Shown here one piece after another: positions 58,379 through 64,000 of a stretch of 64,000 nt of DNA. The stretch spans positions 17,448 to 81,447 of the forward strand of contig JBDTSG010000094.1 of NCBI GenBank assembly GCA_039931265.1, read 5' to 3'. Position 1 is the first letter of the stretch. Each line of letters starts with the position of its first letter. Origin of the DNA: Flavobacteriales bacterium. Lineage in GTDB: Bacteria; Bacteroidota; Bacteroidia; Flavobacteriales_F; PHOS-HE28. The notes under the pieces were generated by a model. The model did not search any database and had not been told where the DNA came from. It saw only the letters and a program-made list of their open reading frames with translations. The position numbers and the translations under genes are program-made.

Positions 58379-58999
58379 TCAGCGCGTAACCACCAAGCGC
58401 TGGGTTCCGAGCAGGAGCATATCCGTATCACGTAATTCCAAGAAGTAGATCCCGTTCGGCAGATCGGCGATCGAAAGCGGGATCCCTCCTGACATCGTCG
58501 CCGACCGGTAGAGTTTCCCGGTGGCATCGAAGAAGCTGATCACCAGCGGCGGTGCCCCTTTCTGCAATACCGAGAGCTGATCGTTCGCCGGGTTCGGCCC
58601 CAAGGAATACCGAGTGGTTCCGGCTGTTTCACCGATACCTGTTGCATCCACAACAGTGAAGGTTCCCTTCATGCCCATGTCCACATGGAACTCGCAGATG
58701 TAGTAGGAAGTGCCCAGTGTTGTGGGTGTGAACGTGAAGTCGGTCCCGGGGTTCGATGTGCCCACGCCGTAAGCGAACCCACCGGGCATCGGGGTGTCGT
58801 CGTTGGCCATCCATGTGGCTTGCGTCACCTGCGTGAAGGTGTGTTGTGCGTCAATGAAATTGAGGTGGATGGCATCACCCAACTCAATGGTGAGGGTGGG
58901 TGGTAGGAATTCGTCGTCCACCACTTGGATCTCATGCGTGGTCTGCGCCTGCATGGTGAGCGCGGCACATGCAAGCAGAAGGGTAACAGGTCGTTTCAT
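58379..58999 (-). CDS. Cupredoxin (plastocyanin-like) domain with T9SS CTD; canonical His/Cys/His/Met site
   Basis: FLPPTLTIELGD, HTF, YYICEFHVDMGMKG; CTD GPNPAND...DATGK...NGIYF. Confidence 0.88.
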   Translation of the reverse strand: MKRPVTLLLACAALTMQAQTTHEIQVVDDEFLPPTLTIELGDAIHLNFIDAQHTFTQVTQATWMANDDTPMPGGFAYGVGTSNPGTDFTFTPTTLGTSYYICEFHVDMGMKGTFTVVDATGIGETAGTTRYSLGPNPANDQLSVLQKGAPPLVISFFDATGKLYRSATMSGGIPLSIADLPNGIYFLELRDTDMLLLGTQRLVVTR

Positions 59000-59284
59000 G
59001 GGTCGTGGGTTCAGTCCCTGTACAGCACGAACGGTACCGATCGCTTGCGAGCATGCCGTTCGTCCCTTCATGTTCAGAGCGTTCCACGATCGTGGTGTGA
59101 AGTCCACGGGGAAACCTATGCTCACACCCAACCATCCTCGGCGCGCAATTCCAAATGGATAGCGCCAGCGGCTGCTACCGAAAACACGACCTGGATCACC
59201 TCGTGCTTGCGGTATTGCACGCCGTATGATCACATCGAGATACCGATCGCCACTCGGCCGGATCATGGCAAATGATCACGAAGC

Positions 59285-59581
59285 TCAGAGGAACATGCTC
59301 AGGGTGTAGCCGGGCCGCTCTTCATCGATACCGTCCGCATCGCGCGCAACCAACTGCGTGAAACGTTCCTGCCCGCAGTGGTACACCGCCGTAACGTGCA
59401 GCCCATCATGCACGAACGATACATGCATGGTATGATCCACGCTCCTCGCCGGTTCTTCGCACAGTTTTGCGTCGACCTGATGCTGGAGTTCGGTGAGACG
59501 GGCATCGAACGCATCGCGGAGTTCGAAAAGAACCGCAGGTGCCGAGAGCGGCAGGGGTTCGGGAAAGGGGTTGCTGATCAT
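59285..59581 (-). CDS. Hypothetical protein
   Basis: 98-aa ORF with TGGCATTCTACTTGT upstream. Confidence 0.55.
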   Translation of the reverse strand: MISNPFPEPLPLSAPAVLFELRDAFDARLTELQHQVDAKLCEEPARSVDHTMHVSFVHDGLHVTAVYHCGQERFTQLVARDADGIDEERPGYTLSMFL

Positions 59582-59638
59582 GGACGTGCGAGCGACAAGT
59601 AGAATGCCAACGCGATAGCACCGGCAGTATCCTCTTGC

Positions 59639-59876
59639 TTACCTTCTGTACTTACCTGAGCGGAGCAAACCACCGATCGCGATCACAAGCCATGCCGCCT
59701 CCAGAACCGTGAAGCCCCAAGCCTGCATGCGGACCGCTTCGATCAGGAGCAGCACCGAGCCCACCGCGTTCAACACAAGGTACCGCGCGGAAGCATCAAG
59801 GCACCTGCGTTGACCGGCACCGGAAGGCGATCAGTTGCAGCAAGGCGCCGATGAGTTGTGGAGTTTGTTCCCACAT
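59639..59876 (-). pseudogene. Frameshifted CBU_0592-family small membrane protein (not in the ORF track)
   Basis: MWEQTPQLIGALLQLIAF, one extra base near 59822, then GAGQRRCLDASARYLVLNAVGSVLLLIEAVRMQAWGFTVLEAAWLVIAIGGL. Confidence 0.75.
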
Positions 59877-59953
59877 GTGCAAGGAGAGGAACGAAATAGA
59901 GAACGCCCCGATCCAGTGGATCGGGGCGTTCATCAACGGCGCTCAGTGAGGAA

Positions 59954-60409
59954 CTAAACCGCTGGGTTATTCGCTTCCCGATCGCGGTCGGTTTCCTCCG
60001 TGTCCTCCTTCTCCTCACGGCCGCTCAACTCGCTCTCCTCCTCACGCAGGTTGGCGCTGTCGCTGGCTTGGCGTGCTCCGCGATCGGTCCCCGTACCCGT
60101 TGTGCGCTCATAGGAAGAGCTCTGCCCGCTTTCGCCGCGTGTGTTATCACGCGAAGTGTTGGAAGCATTGCCCTGTGTATCGGGCGTTCCCATTTGGGTG
60201 TTCTCAGCGCCTTGGCGTTGCGTTCCGGGTTGATTGCCTTTGTTGACCTGCCCCTCGGTTCCCCGCCCTTCGCTGCTTTTGCCGCCCCCCTGTTGAGGCG
60301 TGGTGTTCCGTTCGGCGTCGGGCTTGCTTGTGCTGCCCGTGTTCGTTGTACCAGTGCTGGAGGCACTTGTGTTCTTGCCTGTGTTAGGCTGATCGCTGCG
60401 CGTTGCCAT
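59954..60409 (-). CDS. Ser/Thr/Gly-rich hydrophilin-like disordered protein
   Basis: 151 aa with almost no hydrophobic residues and an acidic tail; 5-nt gap to the upstream gene. Confidence 0.7.
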   Translation of the reverse strand: MATRSDQPNTGKNTSASSTGTTNTGSTSKPDAERNTTPQQGGGKSSEGRGTEGQVNKGNQPGTQRQGAENTQMGTPDTQGNASNTSRDNTRGESGQSSSYERTTGTGTDRGARQASDSANLREEESELSGREEKEDTEETDRDREANNPAV

Positions 60410-60414
60410 TGGTC

Positions 60415-60591
60415 TTATCGTTTTTTTGTACCGGTTTCTTCTTCCTCGCGATCCACTTTCATTTTTCCTCCATCAGCCTGATCGCTTTTCTTGCTGGTGG
60501 TGTCGCGTGTGTTGCGCTCGGCCGCGCTGCCGGACTTGGAAGGGCCGCTCTGCATTTCGTCCTTCTTCGCATTGTCTTTCTTGGTGCTCAT
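60415..60591 (-). CDS. Small charged hydrophilin-like protein (58 aa)
   Basis: MSTKKDNAKKDEMQSG...; A/C-rich leader. Confidence 0.65.
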   Translation of the reverse strand: MSTKKDNAKKDEMQSGPSKSGSAAERNTRDTTSKKSDQADGGKMKVDREEEETGTKKR

Positions 60592-60816
60592 TGGAAGAGT
60601 GTGTTGGTTTGCTTCAGGAACAACAAGCCGCGGACCGGAGGTGCGGGCCATGGGTTACATCGTGCGCATTCACTTGCCAGTGTTGGGAAATGTGATGAAT
60701 GCGAACCGCCGCCCCCAGCCGAGCGCTGTGGAAGCTGATACACTGTTCCCAGAAGATCGCTCCACGATCGAGGTGGATCCGTGACAACCAGCGACCGGCC
60801 CGCCGATTGCTCCAGC

Positions 60817-61752
60817 ATGAGCATGAGATGGAAAGGACGCGTTTTCCTGCTCCTGCTGATCCTGCTCCTCCTCTTCGGAGTGATACAGCTGATCCGTTGG
60901 GCCAAAGCAAAAGAGAACGACCCGGATGCCACGTTCATCCTACCCAGGGTAAGCATGGCGAACATGAACATCCAAAGGTTGGATCCCGATGCCACCACGA
61001 TGCTCCTGGTGATGACGATCGACCAACCAGCTCCCATCGGGCTGACGGTGGATAGTTTGGACTATACCCTTTCCATCGCGGGGAATGAGGTGATCCACAG
61101 CACTTATCCGCACGCGGTGTCCATTGGCGCATATGACAGCGCCTCCATCTCGCTACCGGTGACCATTCGCACGAAACGCCTGATCGACGTGCTGAAACAA
61201 CTGGAAGCGGAAGGAAGGGACAGTGTGATCTACGCGATGGATACGCGCTTCCACCTTCCTGCCGCGTTCTGGACCAAGAAGCCGATGGAAGTGAGGATCG
61301 AACGGAACCTTCCGCTTGTACGGATCCCGCGCGTGCATTTGCAGGACCCGAGCGTGGTGAAGTTCGGCTTCGGTGAAAGCCGCATCAACGTCGATCTGGC
61401 GCTCTTCAATCCGAACGTCTTCGATCTGGCGTTCCGGGATCTGGCGATCACGGCTGATCTTGAAGGTCATGAGGTCGTCCTGACTTCCGCCGACACGCTG
61501 ATCAGAGCCGCAGCCATGGACACAGCCATCATCCATCTGCCCATGCGGATCGCCTTGGGGCATATGATCGAAGGGGTATTCGACCTCCTCTTAAAGCCAG
61601 CACGCACAGTCTACTCCTATCACATGGAATTCACCGTCATTTCGGACCAACCTTCATTGGACGAATGTCATTTCATCGTTGTGGGTAAAGGGCACCTGGA
61701 TGAACTGAAGAATTGGGGCAGAGACGCGGAGCCCAAGCCACAGGCGGATTGA
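60817..61752 (+). CDS. Membrane-anchored tandem LEA_2 (WHy) domain protein
   Basis: N-terminal TM; two LEA_2-like units (IDQPAPIGLTVDSLDYTL; LFNPNVFDLAFRDL). Start is 60817 or 60823. Confidence 0.82.
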   Translation: MSMRWKGRVFLLLLILLLLFGVIQLIRWAKAKENDPDATFILPRVSMANMNIQRLDPDATTMLLVMTIDQPAPIGLTVDSLDYTLSIAGNEVIHSTYPHAVSIGAYDSASISLPVTIRTKRLIDVLKQLEAEGRDSVIYAMDTRFHLPAAFWTKKPMEVRIERNLPLVRIPRVHLQDPSVVKFGFGESRINVDLALFNPNVFDLAFRDLAITADLEGHEVVLTSADTLIRAAAMDTAIIHLPMRIALGHMIEGVFDLLLKPARTVYSYHMEFTVISDQPSLDECHFIVVGKGHLDELKNWGRDAEPKPQAD

Positions 61753-61935
61753 CCGAAGGCCGAAACCCTTGATGGCAGCGGGGTCCGGATTACGCATTGT
61801 GCGTGGAAGTGTGACGGGACCTCCTATGGCACGGACGCACAACGCGCTCATAACCTTCTGAGGATCATCGGTCTCAGTGGAACGCATGGTTCGGCGTACG
61901 GATGGCAATAGCAGTATGGAACAAACACAAGCGCC

Positions 61936-62442
61936 ATGCGCAACACTTCTCCACTCTTACTGTGTATGGCGATGTTCATCGCATGGAGCCCTTCGTTGAG
62001 GTGTCAAGGATATCTGGCAATGAACACCACCGCCAATGATGCGCACGCTTTGGAGACAGCTAGTGTCCATTATAATCTGGTGGAAGGGGATTTTGTGACA
62101 CTTGCGACCCGCAAAACCAAGGAGCCGCTCGTCCGCCCGGTGATGGAGCGTGCGGATGGCCTGATGGCTGTTCGCATTGTTGATGCGCACGGCCAAGTGC
62201 GTATGGAAGGCATCTATGCGGATGCGGCCTTGCATGTTCCCCATGGCACCTTCCACTACTACTATCCGAGCGGAGCAATGGAAAGCGAGGGAGAATACGT
62301 TCAAGGGCGGAAGACAGGCATCTGGAAATGCTACACCCCCGATGGTGTTCACCGTTCCGATCGCAGTTACCACGGACTTGAATGGGACGACCTGCAGATC
62401 GTGGTCGGCCTTGCAACACGCGCCACACGCCATGCGTTCTGA
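61936..62442 (+). CDS. Exported protein with MORN-variant (YwqK-like) repeats
   Basis: HGTFHYYYPSGAMESEGEYVQGRKTGIWKCYTPDG. Confidence 0.8.
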   Translation: MRNTSPLLLCMAMFIAWSPSLRCQGYLAMNTTANDAHALETASVHYNLVEGDFVTLATRKTKEPLVRPVMERADGLMAVRIVDAHGQVRMEGIYADAALHVPHGTFHYYYPSGAMESEGEYVQGRKTGIWKCYTPDGVHRSDRSYHGLEWDDLQIVVGLATRATRHAF

Positions 62443-62917
62443 TCGCTTTTTGACGAGGGAAGCCGTTATGCGCAAGCTTCCTGCGGATGCCCGCCTTACC
62501 CAGCTCTCTGGGACATGGGTAATGCAAGGTCGTCAATTCGAAAGCATTTTCGGGCCAGCGGCCCGCATCAACGCCAGAGAGACGTTCGAATGGCTCGAAG
62601 GCCACCACTTCATGATACATCAAGTGAACGGACAAGTAGACGACCACTTGATGGGATGCGTCGAAGTGATCGGGACGGAACGTATCAACTCATTTTATGA
62701 TGATGGCCGAAAGATCATTTGGGCTTCATCCTTCGAGGAACAAACGTGGATCATCAGTGGGTGGCGGATCCATGAGCATACGCCGATACAGGTGCGATGC
62801 ACTACCCACTTCGCCGACGATCGACACCGCCATGCGGTATGGGAACTATCCACCGACGGAATCTCTTGGCAGCAGTTCTGGGAAGTGGCGGCATGGAAAG
62901 TCAAGGATGGGGTGTGA
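62432..62917 (+). CDS. DUF1579-like beta-barrel protein
   Basis: LSGTWVMQG, ETFEWLEGHHFMIH, WELSTDGISWQ. Start is 62432 or 62468. Confidence 0.7.
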   Translation: MRSDRFLTREAVMRKLPADARLTQLSGTWVMQGRQFESIFGPAARINARETFEWLEGHHFMIHQVNGQVDDHLMGCVEVIGTERINSFYDDGRKIIWASSFEEQTWIISGWRIHEHTPIQVRCTTHFADDRHRHAVWELSTDGISWQQFWEVAAWKVKDGV

Positions 62918-63103
62918 AAACGCACCTCCATGCGAAGAGGATGGTCTGTGTTGGAGCGATGGGAAAGAGGATCAATAGGCTTTCCCCATGCTTGGGGATA
63001 TTCTTCCGCAGGACTGTGTAAAACCGGGAATTGCCGCTCGATCCGAGAGCATGCATTTTGGTGGCACAAGGCTGGTTGAGGCGCAATCACCACACGAACC
63101 ACC

Positions 63104-63742
63104 ATGCAACACCGTATTACCCGCCTCTTGGCAATAGTCTTAATGCTCACATTGATCCTCAGTGGTTGTGCCACCAGCCACGACGTCGTACAGAACGGGA
63201 TCTTCCAACACCGGAAATACAATCACCCTGGTTGGTTCGTAGACGTGCCGAGCCGCACCCACACGGTGGAAGCGCCGTTACCCGTGGCAACTTCGCAAGA
63301 CCCCGCGCCGCTCCCGCCGACGATGAGCGTTGTTGAAGTGATCGCGCCGGATGATCGTTCCGAGCTGCCTGAACTTGCTCAGCAGGGGCGCGACGAGGAA
63401 AGGATCGTCGTGCAGGACAATGTCAACGCATCCTTGACAACGCGTGCTTTATGGGTTCCATCGCCTAGGAACCAAGCAGATGCTGCGTTCGCTCCAGTGC
63501 CCTCGATCGATCGGATCACTATCCCAGATGAAAAAGCCTCACCGCAAGACGCCGGTGGCTTGGACATTTTCGCATTGCTGGGTTTCATTTTCGCCTTCAT
63601 CTTCCCGATCGCCGGACTTGTGCTTTCCATCATCGGCATGAACCGCACCCGCGGCGGGGGCCGCGGGCATGGATTGGCGTTAGCAGGCCTGATCATCAGC
63701 ATCGTTTTCCTCGCCATCTACGGCGTTGCGGTGCTGCACTGA
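63104..63742 (+). CDS. Lipoprotein with C-terminal DUF4190 membrane domain
   Basis: Lipobox LSGC; ALLGFIF...GLVLSIIGM...GRGHGLALAGLIIS. Confidence 0.85.
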   Translation: MQHRITRLLAIVLMLTLILSGCATSHDVVQNGIFQHRKYNHPGWFVDVPSRTHTVEAPLPVATSQDPAPLPPTMSVVEVIAPDDRSELPELAQQGRDEERIVVQDNVNASLTTRALWVPSPRNQADAAFAPVPSIDRITIPDEKASPQDAGGLDIFALLGFIFAFIFPIAGLVLSIIGMNRTRGGGRGHGLALAGLIISIVFLAIYGVAVLH

Positions 63743-63749
63743 TCGGCTA

Positions 63750-64000
63750 TCACGGGGTATTGTCCAGGTCCCCGCGCTCAGCCGCCTTCTTCATGCGGTC
63801 ATTGGCGTAGATGGCGATCTCCACACGTCGATTGGCTGCCTTGCCTTGTGCGGTCGTGTTGTCGGCAAGCGGTTGTGTCTCGCCATAGCCCATGGTGGTG
63901 AGGCGCCCCGGCCTTACACCATGTGCCACCAAGTAGCGGCTCACGGTTTTCGCGCGACGTTCGGACAGGTCCTCGTTGTAGGTATCGGACCCATCCGCAT
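63750..64000 (-). CDS. OmpA-family protein, C-terminal part (runs off the window)
   Basis: YNEDLSERRA..V...GYGETQPLADN...NRRVEI. Confidence 0.9.
   Translation of the reverse strand, partial: ADGSDTYNEDLSERRAKTVSRYLVAHGVRPGRLTTMGYGETQPLADNTTAQGKAANRRVEIAIYANDRMKKAAERGDLDNTP

Noticed and set aside
61936-62442. YwqK antitoxin of a toxin-antitoxin pair
   Set aside because: Only generic MORN-variant repeats with a signal peptide; no adjacent toxin.
1-64000. tRNA, rRNA, riboswitch or integron attC array
   Set aside because: No cloverleaf or T-loop signatures and no recurring cassette-boundary repeat were recognised by eye; an Infernal/IntegronFinder scan would be needed to exclude them fully.

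Overview
Chromosomal window from a fairly GC-rich Bacteroidota genome, most likely Flavobacteriales-like. The evidence is nine intact genes with a T9SS C-terminal sorting domain, TAnnTTTG -7 promoter boxes, and A/C-rich leaders without Shine-Dalgarno sites. No rRNA, tRNA, CRISPR array or intact transposase or integrase was seen. The left part (1-27 kb) is a mosaic of secreted or surface proteins (S74-chaperone fibre protein, delta-60, SBBP, CotH, Ig-like), transporters, a TPR-LuxR regulator and a compact six-gene operon of unassignable proteins (13.3-20.2 kb). The right part (about 27.6-62 kb) is a general-stress/desiccation island. It holds Ku-LigD (NHEJ) divergent from topoisomerase IB-TspO, ferritin-like YciE/F and PA2169 proteins, LEA_2, General stress protein 26, DUF72, hydrophilin-like proteins, two T9SS cupredoxins and a 2459-aa hybrid kinase with an excisionase-type HTH fused in front of CheB-CheR. 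Features beyond the ORF track: (1) a recurring sigma54-like -24/-12 motif about 40 nt upstream of many island genes; (2) a 124-bp IS4-type MITE with 19-bp TIRs and a 10-bp target duplication; (3) an IS110 remnant; (4) a decayed 150-bp direct repeat bracketing a 4.4-kb cassette; (5) several small frameshifted or nonsense pseudogenes; (6) unannotated small ORFs. All family assignments come from motif recognition by eye; no database search was run.
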